Source: an uncultured delta proteobacterium (GTDB lineage: Bacteria; Desulfobacterota; Desulfobacteria; Desulfobacterales; B30-G6). From it: DNA of 64,000 nt. The stretch is from contig CAWGLD010000003.1 in the NCBI GenBank assembly GCA_963823335.1, positions 139,319-203,318 on the forward strand. Reading direction: 5' to 3'. Of the stretch, positions 38,041 through 47,492 are shown piece after piece. The number at the start of each line of letters is the position of its first letter. Positions within the stretch are counted from its first letter, which is position 1. Below the pieces are notes generated by a model that made no database searches, had not been told where the DNA came from, and saw only the letters and a list, made by a program, of their open reading frames with translations. The position numbers were made by a program, and so were the translations under genes.

Positions 38041-39897
38041 ATGAGTTCCCAGTCTTCTGACAGATTCAAGCACATATGCCTCATGTCTACCCCGTGGCCG
38101 CTTTTCAAACGGCCATCGATTCAGCTGGGTTCCCTGAAATCTTTTCTTAACAAAGAGCTGAAGGGCACTCGGGTGGATACGGCGCATATGTACCTGAACG
38201 TAGCCCATGCAATCGGTTACGATGTGTACCAGGCCATTTCCAAGCGAACCTGGCTGGCGGAGACGGTGTATGCAACGCTATTGTATCCTGAAAGATCCGA
38301 CGCCATAGAAAAACTCTTCCGGAAGCAAGCATCACGGAACCAGGTGTTGAGGTCAGTTGACTTTGCGGTGCTGGTTCGGCAGGCAAAGGACATCACAGAT
38401 GAGGTGATAGGGCAGGTACCCTGGCACGACATCGGTCTGGTGGGGTTTTCCGTGTGCCTGTGCCAGCTGACATCGAGTCTTTATGCAGTCCGACAAATCA
38501 AAAAAATATCTCCCGATATCATCACACTTTTCGGCGGGTCAACGGTCTCCACTCCGTTTTGCCGGGAGTACCTCGATGTTTTCACCGACATCGACGTTAT
38601 CGTGAACGGGGAAGGGGAGCTTCCCCTGCTGGCGATCCTGAACCATCTTGAAAAATACGGGAATATCCAGACAGCCCATACCATTGACGGTGTCGTGACC
38701 CGGGGGGGGCCTGATTGCGAAGGGCACCTTTTTTCCCAATTGTCCCATCTGGAACATCTGGCAACACCCGACTATGACGACTACTTTAAAATCCTGGACA
38801 CTTTTTCACCGGCCAAACGATTTTTCCCGACCCTTCCCGTGGAGTCGTCCCGGGGGTGTTGGTGGAAGGGGGGGGGTCTCCAAAGACAGACCAAAGGATG
38901 TGCTTTCTGTAATCTGAACCTGCAGTGGGCTGGATACAGGAAGAGGGCTCCCGCCAGGGTCGTTCATGACATCGATGTGTTGACGGAACGTCACCAGACC
39001 CTGTCTGTCGCATTCATGGACAACGTACTGCCGGTCACGTCGTCAGACGCTCTTTTCTCCGGTCTGGGTTGCCTGAACAAGGATCTGCAGATATTTTCAG
39101 AGATCAGGGCGTCCACACCCCTGAAGAGCCTGAGAAAGATGCGTTCGTCAGGTATGAGCGAAGTTCAAGTGGGAGTTGAAGCACTTAGCTCCAAGCTTCT
39201 GAAAAAAATGAAAAAAGGCACCACGGCAATTCAGAACATGGAGATCATGAAAAACTGTGAATCCCTGGGATTACAGAACAGTTCCAACCTGATGCTTCAC
39301 TTTCCGGGCAGTGATGAAGGCCATGTCATGGAAACCATGCGAAACCTGGAATTTGCCATGCCCTTCAGACCGCTGAAGCCGGTCAATTTCTGGCTTGGTA
39401 TGGGGAGCCCGGTGTGGCAAAACCCCGCCCGGTTTCATATCCGGTCCATATCGAATCATCCCTATTACCGTATACTGTTTCCAGAGCATTTTTCGCAAAG
39501 AGCACGATTTTCGATTCAAGCCTATCGTGGTGATCTACAGCACCAGAGAAAACTCTGGCAACCTGTTGAAAAGAAAATTCAGGCATGGAACAGGTTTTAT
39601 GCAGATCTTCACCGGACACCGTCAGCCGGACCGATTCTCAGTTACCAGGATGGGGGCCTTTTTATGATTGTCCGTCAGCGGCGGCTGAACGCAGACCCTC
39701 TGCAGCACCGTCTGAAAGGCACATCGCGTGAGATATACCTGTTCTGCGGCAAGACCCGATCTGTCAGGCGGATCCGGTCGCAATTTCCTGAACTGCCGGA
39801 AGACACGCTTTTGCTGTTTCTGCGAATGATGACCGGCAAGGGTCTGATGTTCGAAGAGCAGGGCAGGTTTTTAAGTTTGGCCATAAGCCTCAAATAG
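38041..39897 (+). CDS. B12-binding radical SAM protein of the RiPP-maturation C-methyltransferase type (TIGR03975-like)
   Basis: N-terminal PWPLFKRPSIQLGSLK, VGFS, GEGE, PDYDDYF, ESSRGCWW-x11-CAFCNLN, FMDN, VQVGVEALS, MKKG. Confidence 0.82.
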   Translation: MSSQSSDRFKHICLMSTPWPLFKRPSIQLGSLKSFLNKELKGTRVDTAHMYLNVAHAIGYDVYQAISKRTWLAETVYATLLYPERSDAIEKLFRKQASRNQVLRSVDFAVLVRQAKDITDEVIGQVPWHDIGLVGFSVCLCQLTSSLYAVRQIKKISPDIITLFGGSTVSTPFCREYLDVFTDIDVIVNGEGELPLLAILNHLEKYGNIQTAHTIDGVVTRGGPDCEGHLFSQLSHLEHLATPDYDDYFKILDTFSPAKRFFPTLPVESSRGCWWKGGGLQRQTKGCAFCNLNLQWAGYRKRAPARVVHDIDVLTERHQTLSVAFMDNVLPVTSSDALFSGLGCLNKDLQIFSEIRASTPLKSLRKMRSSGMSEVQVGVEALSSKLLKKMKKGTTAIQNMEIMKNCESLGLQNSSNLMLHFPGSDEGHVMETMRNLEFAMPFRPLKPVNFWLGMGSPVWQNPARFHIRSISNHPYYRILFPEHFSQRARFSIQAYRGDLQHQRKLWQPVEKKIQAWNRFYADLHRTPSAGPILSYQDGGLFMIVRQRRLNADPLQHRLKGTSREIYLFCGKTRSVRRIRSQFPELPEDTLLLFLRMMTGKGLMFEEQGRFLSLAISLK

Positions 39898-40031
39898 CCA
39901 AAGGGTTAGCGGCAGCATCCTATCTGCTTAGATTTTACAGATTATGGCTAAAGAAAGAGCAGGTGTTTGCTGATACATTGTGATATGTTAAAGATTAAAG
40001 TACTCCCAACCCGTATAAATCGGAAAAGAAT

Positions 40032-40122
40032 AAGATTTTTTATCACGAAATCACGAAAGTACGAAACCACGAAAAAGACCATGGATGATTTCGTTTTTTT
40101 TAGATTTCGTATTTTCGTGATT
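40032..40122. repeat. CACGAAA / TTTCGTG inverted arms, empty site
   Basis: tatcacgaaatcacgaaagtacgaaaccacgaaa...gatttcgttttttttagatttcgtattttcgtgat. Confidence 0.85.
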
Positions 40123-40189
40123 GCTTTTAATTTGTTACTATGAAATACAAATCATTAAAACTAAGATAACAATAACAGGAAGTTAAAGT

Positions 40190-42181
40190 GTGAGACCGCT
40201 CTCGCAACAGCCCATAGAAAAAGAAATCAAAACCCTCAGGGGAATTGTGCCGCAACTGGTTGAACAGCTCAGGCTGGAAAAAGATGTGGACATTACAACC
40301 TGGCAGACGCTCATCGACAAAAAACTGCTTCCCAGGCTGACTCCTGATTTTCCGCTGGTGGCATCCATCTGCGGAGGGGGCTCATCCGGCAAGTCCTCAT
40401 TATTCAACGCGCTTATTCAAGACAACATATCCCCCACCGGTGGTACCGCCGGTATCAACCGCCGGATTCTTATATCCGGCAATGCTGACAGCTTTTCAGA
40501 CAGCACCCGTTTTGCCGACCTTTTCGATACCTTCGGGTTCAGACCGGAACCTCTGATGGATAAAAACGATCTTCTCCTGCAGGGAGATGCCCGGTATATA
40601 CTCAACCCCCAGACACCTTCAAACCTCATTCTACTGGACACACCTGATTTCGACACCGGGTTAAAAGGTACCTATCTCAACCGCGGGGTTGCGAAACAGG
40701 CGCTGGAAGTGTCGGATGTGCTGGTTTATATTTTTACCAATGCCAATTACAACAACCGGGACAACACCGACTTTATTTCAGGCATCCTCACCGGTATCGG
40801 TATCCGCAAATGCTTTCTGGTATATCGTGTATATGCCAGTTACTCCGATGAAGAGATTCTGGCACATGCCGGGACGGTTGCCAAAAACCTATACGGCAGT
40901 GATGCTGCCAACAACGTATTGGGAATCTACAGGGCCGACGAGGATAACCGGGTAGCGACTGACGAGAAATTCATGGATATCATGCCGGTGGGGGACGGCG
41001 GGGTTCCCCTGCTGAAGGCATTGGCAAGCCTTGACAGGCAGAAGATTCGTCTCGAGTTGATGTCTTCCGTCCTCACGGACGTGCTGAAACAGGCCGGGGA
41101 GATTTCGAGCAGGGCAGGGGTGTCCCTGCTTGAACTGGGACTCTACCGCAATGCCTTGCAGACGTGGCAAAGCTATTGTGTACACCAGGCATTGAAGCGT
41201 TTTCCCATGGATATCGTACTCAAACGATTCGTGGAAATATGGCATCGGACAGACCCTTCTCATATCAAATGGATGCGCAAAGCAGGCAGCATCATCGATT
41301 TACCGATTCGGGCTGCCGTCAATACCGTTAAATGGATCAGGGGCAGGGAAACCCGGCCGTCGACTCCAGAGAAAAATGGTCAAGCTCGATACTCAGAGGA
41401 GACAATGGATGACCTGTTGACGGCCGCCAATGATCTGTGGCGAAAATTTATTGATTCCGAAATCTCTGTATCACTGGTGCAAACCGATCCCGTAGCAAAG
41501 GAAATGCACGAAGCTTATCAGAGAATTGAGACGCAGTACAAAGCATTGAACAAGGTAAATCCCCACCAGCTGAGGCTTTCAACCAATGGGGGCTGGATTT
41601 TTGTTGTCAAGGCCCATCCTGCGATTCTCGGCCAAGAGACATTGTCCGGTTCAGGGGAATGGCGGTCGGCCATTACATCCATTCTGTCCGATACGGAAAA
41701 GCTCCTGGATACCACCGGACAGATCGACCGGGATCTCGAAGCGCTGGTGGAAGCATTCCGAAAGCGCATGAATTTATTGTCGAAAATAGGGCAGACATTT
41801 TCTGCCTTCCTGAACGTGCTGCCGGCAACGGTGGCGGTTACCTATATTCTGTCAACAGGCGATCCTGTAGGTGCTGCGGGTATCAAGGTAAAACTCTCGG
41901 GTCTATTCGGATTGAAAGACCTGTATGCACTGGTGGCTCTGCCCGCCACTTCGGGTCTTCGAACAGCGGATCAGGCACAACTGGAAGCCTTGATCGGACC
42001 TATTGCAGAGACCTGGCTCAACAACAAGCTCGAGGTGATCCAGACCATTTTTCAGGATACTATCAGCGGAACGACCCTGTCGGAGGCTGAAGGTGTTTAT
42101 TCGGAAGTGGACCGGTATCTCGTTGATCTGAAACAGGTCCTGGAAAATTGCAGGACCTATAAAAACCTGGTGACTAAATAG
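40190..42181 (+). CDS. Dynamin-like GTPase A
   Basis: G1 GGGSSGKS, G3 DTPDFD, long helical stalk, hydrophobic C-terminal segment; no canonical NKxD seen. Confidence 0.75.
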   Translation: MRPLSQQPIEKEIKTLRGIVPQLVEQLRLEKDVDITTWQTLIDKKLLPRLTPDFPLVASICGGGSSGKSSLFNALIQDNISPTGGTAGINRRILISGNADSFSDSTRFADLFDTFGFRPEPLMDKNDLLLQGDARYILNPQTPSNLILLDTPDFDTGLKGTYLNRGVAKQALEVSDVLVYIFTNANYNNRDNTDFISGILTGIGIRKCFLVYRVYASYSDEEILAHAGTVAKNLYGSDAANNVLGIYRADEDNRVATDEKFMDIMPVGDGGVPLLKALASLDRQKIRLELMSSVLTDVLKQAGEISSRAGVSLLELGLYRNALQTWQSYCVHQALKRFPMDIVLKRFVEIWHRTDPSHIKWMRKAGSIIDLPIRAAVNTVKWIRGRETRPSTPEKNGQARYSEETMDDLLTAANDLWRKFIDSEISVSLVQTDPVAKEMHEAYQRIETQYKALNKVNPHQLRLSTNGGWIFVVKAHPAILGQETLSGSGEWRSAITSILSDTEKLLDTTGQIDRDLEALVEAFRKRMNLLSKIGQTFSAFLNVLPATVAVTYILSTGDPVGAAGIKVKLSGLFGLKDLYALVALPATSGLRTADQAQLEALIGPIAETWLNNKLEVIQTIFQDTISGTTLSEAEGVYSEVDRYLVDLKQVLENCRTYKNLVTK

Positions 42182-42276
42182 CCAGCTCCGTCATGCCGGA
42201 CTTGATCCGGCATCCAGTGTTCCTGAGGCAGGCACGCGGGAATGAAAGCCTACGGATATTTATCCACCGGAGTAAT
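42158..42276 (+). repeat. Repeat family E copy overlapping the end of GTPase A
   Basis: gactaaatagccagctccgtcatgccggacttgatccggcatccagt; imperfect inverted end tatttatccaccggagtaata. Confidence 0.8.
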
Positions 42277-42341
42277 AACAACCATGTTGCCGGACACTAT
42301 TTATAATTTTTTGTGATTTTGTGATAAATAATCCACAAAAC

Positions 42342-42425
42342 AATATCGAATATCGAATAAGGAACTGCAGAATGATGAAGGATATACTTCGACATTCGAT
42401 ATTTCTTGTTCTATATTCTGCGGTT
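42342..42425. repeat. Inverted heptamer arms (AATATCG / TTCGATA)
   Basis: aatatcgaatatcgaataaggaactgcagaa ... ttcgacattcgatatttcttgttctatattctgcggtt. Confidence 0.8.
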
Positions 42426-42491
42426 GTAAAGATATTTATTAAACCAAATTGTTGTAGTAGCAGGTAACATTTTGGATCGTGACGGTGCCCC

Positions 42492-44303
42492 ATGAATCAA
42501 ACAAATCATCCCGAGATCATCCAGACCCTTGGAAAAATAGCGGCCTGCAGAAATGAGGTCCAAGGAACGGCGGCACTGCTGGAGGCGGTACCCCTGTGGC
42601 GTCCTGGTGCCGCCTTGAAAAAGGAGTGCAGGGAAGTTCTCGACCTTATGGACGACCATGAAAGACGATTTGAAAGAAAGCTGATGGTTGCCATTGTCGG
42701 ACCTGGTGGCTCGGGCAAATCGACCCTCGTCAATTCCCTGGCAGGTGTGGACGGTCTTTCTGAGTCCGGCACCGGGCGTCCTACGACCACGGAAGTCGTT
42801 TTGGTGTGCCGATGGCCTGAGGATGTTCATTTCCTTGATCCGCTATTCAATCCGGGGGACTTGCAGGTAGTTTCCGAAGCAGGTGCCACTCGGATGGATC
42901 ATCTGCTCCTGGTGGATACACCGGACATAGACAGTACTCACCAGGCAGCCCATAAACCTCTTGTGAAAAGGGTAATCGAGATGGCAGACGTGCTCCTGTG
43001 TGTTTTCAATTCTGAAAACCCGAAAACCAGGGATCAGGTCGATTTTTTTCACCCTTATGTTCAGCGGTTTCATGGTGAATCCCTCATCGGCATCTTGAAT
43101 AAATGCGATCGGGTGGACGAGCGTGAACTAAAAGAAGTCATTTTGCCAGATTTTGAGCAGCATATCACCAATGCCTGGGAACGGCCCATGATGTCATTTT
43201 TCTGTATATCCGCGCGCAGACACCTGAAGAATCCGGATTGGGATGTCAATGCAGGCCCCAAGCATGATTTTGATCAGTTCGACGACCTGAAGGATCTGTT
43301 GACCGGACCGTACAATCTCCCGGGGGCTGTTGCCGACAGACGTCTTAAAAACGTGCAGGCACTGAAAAGATTTGCACACACCGAGGTGCAAGAGGCCATC
43401 CGGTCGTGCAAAGCCCCTCTATTGGGTGCGGCGTCGCGTATGAGGGATGTCGAGACAAGTGCTTTAAAAGAGGCTTTTGAAACGCTCAAAAAAGAGGGCA
43501 CCGGTCAGATACTGGGGGTGAATGTTCTGTTATACCAGAAATTAGCCCAGCAATGGTTTGGACCGGTGGGATGGTTGATAGCACTCTGGGCCAGGATCCT
43601 GATTTTTGGAACCGGGTTGATGGCTCTGTTCCGATTCGGAAATCCTGTTCGTCAGATCATGGGTGTCATTTCTTCATTGCGCCATTTCAGGGAGGCTGAA
43701 GCTTCCATTGCCGCTGGAGAAAAAGGGAACCAATTGGGAACTGCCATGCGGAAATACCGGGTGGCAGTTCTCAAAGAGTGGCCTGAAATAGCCGATATGC
43801 TCGTACAGGGCGGATTTGAAGAATCGGTCAGACAGCCGGACACCGGTATGTCTGACCAGCACGAATTGAATGACGCACTTTCGACCATATGGCAGGAATC
43901 CCTCGGTGCGACGATTGAAAAATCAGCCCGACGATTCAGCGGCATGTGGCTTCAGCTCCTGTTCAATATCCCCACCGTGGGCATGCTTGCGCATATAGCC
44001 TGGCTGACAGTGAAACATTATTTTGAAGAAGATTATCTTGCCACAGATTTTTTCATACACGCCTTTTTAGCAGCTGGAATTGTCATGTTTTTAAGCTTCT
44101 TTTTGTTTCAAGCCTGTCTTCGATTGCTGTCCGGTTCGGAACGCATCGTCACCAGGGCTTTCGAACGGATCAATATTCAGCTGGATCCCCTTAAAAGAAT
44201 GTCCATCGGTCCAGTCTTCAACCAGCTCAATAAACTGTTGGGAGCTGAAGCGGCCCTGCCGGAAGATCCCGCCAAAACCACTCATGCCGAACCTCGACAA
44301 TGA
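42492..44303 (+). CDS. Dynamin-like GTPase B
   Basis: G1 GPGGSGKS, G2 RPTT, G3 DTPDID, G4 NKCD; helical stalk with hydrophobic segments including a C-terminal TM hairpin. Confidence 0.8.
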   Translation: MNQTNHPEIIQTLGKIAACRNEVQGTAALLEAVPLWRPGAALKKECREVLDLMDDHERRFERKLMVAIVGPGGSGKSTLVNSLAGVDGLSESGTGRPTTTEVVLVCRWPEDVHFLDPLFNPGDLQVVSEAGATRMDHLLLVDTPDIDSTHQAAHKPLVKRVIEMADVLLCVFNSENPKTRDQVDFFHPYVQRFHGESLIGILNKCDRVDERELKEVILPDFEQHITNAWERPMMSFFCISARRHLKNPDWDVNAGPKHDFDQFDDLKDLLTGPYNLPGAVADRRLKNVQALKRFAHTEVQEAIRSCKAPLLGAASRMRDVETSALKEAFETLKKEGTGQILGVNVLLYQKLAQQWFGPVGWLIALWARILIFGTGLMALFRFGNPVRQIMGVISSLRHFREAEASIAAGEKGNQLGTAMRKYRVAVLKEWPEIADMLVQGGFEESVRQPDTGMSDQHELNDALSTIWQESLGATIEKSARRFSGMWLQLLFNIPTVGMLAHIAWLTVKHYFEEDYLATDFFIHAFLAAGIVMFLSFFLFQACLRLLSGSERIVTRAFERINIQLDPLKRMSIGPVFNQLNKLLGAEAALPEDPAKTTHAEPRQ

Positions 44304-44334
44304 GCGCATTTCCCCCTCAATAAATACCAGGCAC

Positions 44335-44492
44335 TAAATACGAATATCGAAATACGAAACAAATCCAAGTATCGAATGCTCAAATGGTTCAAGCATAGAC
44401 CTTGAACTAGTGTCTTCAGGGTCTTGTTTTGATCATTCGACTTTGGATCATCAGGTATTGTTTAGGATTTCGAATTTTGTGCTTCGGATTTA
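44335..44492. repeat. Inverted CGAAAT/ATTTCG-type arms
   Basis: taaatacgaatatcgaaatacgaaacaaat ... attgtttaggatttcgaattttgtgcttcggattta; the right arm is the reverse complement of 17477-17524. Confidence 0.8.
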
Positions 44493-44593
44493 TACCGCTT
44501 GTCATAATAATGTTCCGAAAACAGGATGGCGGCATAAGGGGTTGTAGCAGAAAAAAGGTCCTCAATCGGAACGTTTTTCTGACAACCCCTATA
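44491..44593. mobile_element. Repeat family B copy 2
   Basis: Near-identical to 4003-4105 (two substitutions seen); TA on both sides. Confidence 0.85.
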
Positions 44594-44835
44594 AGTAACA
44601 AACGACATCGGCACAGCCAAACATCTCTGACCTGGCCCAGGGGCCCGGGTTTTCGATACGGAATAATTAGGTTTACATGATTAAAAAACATAAAAAATAA
44701 TCATTAAAATAAAACATGATAAATTAATTAAAAATATATAAAAATAAATGATATATAGATAATATAAAAAATTTTATTGACATTATATAAAGCCTATGTT
44801 TTAAGCTGTATAAAATCATCTAAAGGAGGATTAAA

Positions 44836-44997
44836 ATGAGATTATTAAATGAAAACTTTAATGAAGAGATCAATTTTAGTTCCTTTATTGATGAATTTGA
44901 TAGATTTGATGAAATAGATATTGACATGATGTCAATGGAGTATGAAAAAAAATTTGAATCAAGAATTAATATTAAAAATCTTGATGAAATAAGTTAG
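44836..44997 (+). CDS. Small acidic protein, 53 aa, not in the ORF track
   Basis: AAGGAGG RBS 6 nt before ATG; MRLLNENFNEEINFSSFIDEFDRFDEIDIDMMSMEYEKKFESRINIKNLDEIS; TTGACA at 44777; hairpin at 45019-45046. Confidence 0.65.
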   Translation: MRLLNENFNEEINFSSFIDEFDRFDEIDIDMMSMEYEKKFESRINIKNLDEIS

Positions 44998-45139
44998 TTG
45001 TGCTAAGGTAACTGCAAATCCTTCAAAACCAAAACGGTTTGGAGGACAAGGCATACCCCTCTGGGTTATGGCCAAAGACGGATGCGGTAGAATCTGTTGT
45101 TGCAGATATCTTAGACATCTCACCATAAAAGATTCCCGC

Positions 45140-45281
45140 TGAAGCGCAATGGCAAGCGTATTTCCCCTGGCTGACCGACGGAATTCACCGAAGGCTTGCC
45201 ATGGGGTAAGCGAGCGAATCTGGATTGGACAGAATTCCTTTCAGTTAAAGATTCCTCGCGGTTTTCTGCGAGGTTCTTAAT
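45140..45281 (+). mobile_element. Repeat family A, diverged copy
   Basis: Shares ggggtaagcgagcgaatct..gacagaattcctt..attcctcgc..tgcgaggttctt. Confidence 0.7.
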
Positions 45282-45314
45282 TTCTGGGGGATTTTTCACT
45301 TTTAAGAGGAATTT

Positions 45315-45626
45315 ATGGCGGCTAAAATATCCGATAATGAACTGTTGAAAGTTATAGCGCGGTATATGGATGCGGATAAAATATGCAAGGAGACCGATTT
45401 AAAATTGAAGACGCTTCAGGCACGTGTCGGAAGGCTGACGTATAAAAAACTGCTTGAAAGTCCATCACAAATCAAGGGGCTGTACAAACCCAAACCCAAA
45501 ATTGTCAAGATGAGCCAGAACGCCATTATTATTCCAAAGGCAAGAATCGAGGAATGTGACTTCAAGATTGGCGACATGTTCAAAGTCACCTGTGAGGATG
45601 ACCGGATTATTCTTTCGCGGTTATAA
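45315..45626 (+). CDS. Small basic DNA-binding protein (N-terminal HTH-like, C-terminal AbrB-like)
   Basis: GAGGA RBS; C-terminal IIIPKARIEECDFKIGDMFKVTCEDDRIILSRL is the swapped-hairpin pattern. Confidence 0.7.
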   Translation: MAAKISDNELLKVIARYMDADKICKETDLKLKTLQARVGRLTYKKLLESPSQIKGLYKPKPKIVKMSQNAIIIPKARIEECDFKIGDMFKVTCEDDRIILSRL

Positions 45627-45638
45627 CAAGCGCCCATC

Positions 45639-46256
45639 ATGTTTGCCCCTTTTCTGAAGACCACCGTCTCACCCATTAGGATCCATTATAGCATGATACA
45701 GGTCAAGAACGACAAATCCATATCAACCGTCCATAGCAGTGAAGAGATATACAAGGGGCGACAGTTCTCATTTTTTAAAGAGCGCATTACCCTGCCGCAC
45801 AATGTTGATGCAGAAATGGCATTTGTTCGACACCCGGGTTCTGCCGTTATTGTTCCCTTGTTCGAGGATCAAACCATCGGAGTGATCAGACAGTACCGGT
45901 ATGTTGTCAACGAATACATCTACGAGATACCGGCAGGGACACTGGATGAAGGGGAGTCACCGGCGCAGTGCGCCAGGCGTGAACTGGAAGAAGAGACAGG
46001 ATATGCCGCATCAGAATTCATCGCCTTGGGGAAAACATACTTGTTGCCAGCTTATTCCGACGAAATATCCTATATCTATCTGGCAAGAAAGATGACCAGG
46101 ACAGGTCAAAATCTCGACGCAGATGAAATCATTGCGGTTCACCGACACAGTATTCCAGACATTCTGGAGATGATCGAAACGGGTGTTATTATCGATGCGT
46201 TGTCAATCCTTGCCATCGTGCGTGCCGTCCAACACCTAGAGAGCACGCAAATCTGA
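45639..46256 (+). CDS. NUDIX hydrolase, ADP-ribose pyrophosphatase-like
   Basis: HPGSAVIVP, QYRY, Nudix box GTLDEGESPAQCARRELEEETGY; start may be ATG 45693. Confidence 0.88.
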   Translation: MFAPFLKTTVSPIRIHYSMIQVKNDKSISTVHSSEEIYKGRQFSFFKERITLPHNVDAEMAFVRHPGSAVIVPLFEDQTIGVIRQYRYVVNEYIYEIPAGTLDEGESPAQCARRELEEETGYAASEFIALGKTYLLPAYSDEISYIYLARKMTRTGQNLDADEIIAVHRHSIPDILEMIETGVIIDALSILAIVRAVQHLESTQI

Positions 46257-46281
46257 AGTTACATGTTATGAGGGGGCAGGT

Positions 46282-47190
46282 ATGAAAGAGGGTAAGCAGG
46301 TCTGGTTGAACGGTGTGTTTATACCCCGGGCAGCTGCGACGGTGCCGATTTTATCACATTCTTTTTCGAGAGCTTCGGCAATTTTCGAGATCTTTCGTAT
46401 CCATACAGGTCCGGAGGGCCCGGCAGCCTTTCGAATGGATGCCCACCTGAAGCGTCTGATGGACAGTGCCAGGCTTATAGACATGGAGATGTGCTACACT
46501 GTGGAGAATATTGCACAAGCGGTGGCCGAGACCGTTATTCTTAACCATATTGGCAGGGGTGTGGTGAAGATCGTTGCATACTGGGGAGAAGAAGCCGTTA
46601 TCCGGTTGTTGCCACAGTCAGAACCGGATCTTGCGATATTTGCCATATCGGAAATGCCGGAGATGAATCTCGACAGCCGGAAACCCGTAAAGACCTGCCT
46701 GAGCAAATGGCGTAAAATCGATCCGGAAACAGTTCCGGTGTCAGCCAAGGCCTGCTCCAATTACTTGAATGCCTACCTGACCCGGAAAGATGCTGTTGCA
46801 CGCGGATACGACATCGGCATCATGCTGGGAACGGATGGCTTTGTGACAGAGGGCTCGGCGGAATCCGTTTTTATCGTGAAAGACAGTATTGTCAAAATCC
46901 CGCCTCTGGGCAGGGTTCTTCCCGGTATATCGCGTATGTCCGTTCTGGAAATGGCCGGGTCCATGGGTATTGTGACCGCTGAGGAGCCCTTGACTGTGGA
47001 TGATCTTTATGATGCCGACGAAATGTTTCTGTCGCATACGGGTGTTAAAGTAGAACCGGTCAAACAGTTTGAAGATAAACTTCTGGTGGCACCCGGACCC
47101 GTCACCCGCCGCTTAATGGAACAGATGGCAAAAATTCTCGCTTTTGAGGATGAATCGTACATGAAATGGATGCATAAACTGTCTGTGTGA
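46282..47190 (+). CDS. Class IV PLP aminotransferase (branched-chain type)
   Basis: VWLNG, IFEIFR, FRMDAHLKRL, AKACSNY, EGSAESVF, LPGISR, PGPVT. Confidence 0.88.
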   Translation: MKEGKQVWLNGVFIPRAAATVPILSHSFSRASAIFEIFRIHTGPEGPAAFRMDAHLKRLMDSARLIDMEMCYTVENIAQAVAETVILNHIGRGVVKIVAYWGEEAVIRLLPQSEPDLAIFAISEMPEMNLDSRKPVKTCLSKWRKIDPETVPVSAKACSNYLNAYLTRKDAVARGYDIGIMLGTDGFVTEGSAESVFIVKDSIVKIPPLGRVLPGISRMSVLEMAGSMGIVTAEEPLTVDDLYDADEMFLSHTGVKVEPVKQFEDKLLVAPGPVTRRLMEQMAKILAFEDESYMKWMHKLSV

Positions 47191-47305
47191 GACGGTAGGC
47201 AGTAGGTAGTAAGCAGTAGGCAGAAGACAGGAGTCAGACTACAGAATTTGTTGTGACACTATCTTTCCATTCAAACTTCGATGTTGAACGTTCGATGTTC
47301 ATTCG
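47191..47305. repeat. Heptamer arms (AGTAGGC/AGTAAGC, then TTCGATG)
   Basis: Starts at the aminotransferase stop: ggtaggc-agtaggt-agtaagc-agtaggc-agaagac-aggagtc; similar order at 50378-50503. Confidence 0.8.
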
Positions 47306-47492
47306 CTTTCCAGGATTAAAAAAACTAGCGCTTTATAAAAAGTCGTCTTCCGCCGTCAGCCTTCCGCTCGTGTATTATACCCGCCAAAGATTATTTTTAC
47401 CCGCACCGTCCTGATCATTCTTTTGACAAAGTATCCCTTATTGATGTATAAAATCTAATTATGAAATCATAAGAGATGGCATTGGAGAGCAT

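Noticed and set aside
44416-44691. Short ORFs on both strands
   Set aside because: Span oligomer arms and MITE family B; no clear RBS.
45053-45069. CsoR/RcnR-like operator ATACCCCTCTGGGTTAT
   Set aside because: Imperfect single match with no adjacent metal or sulfur gene.
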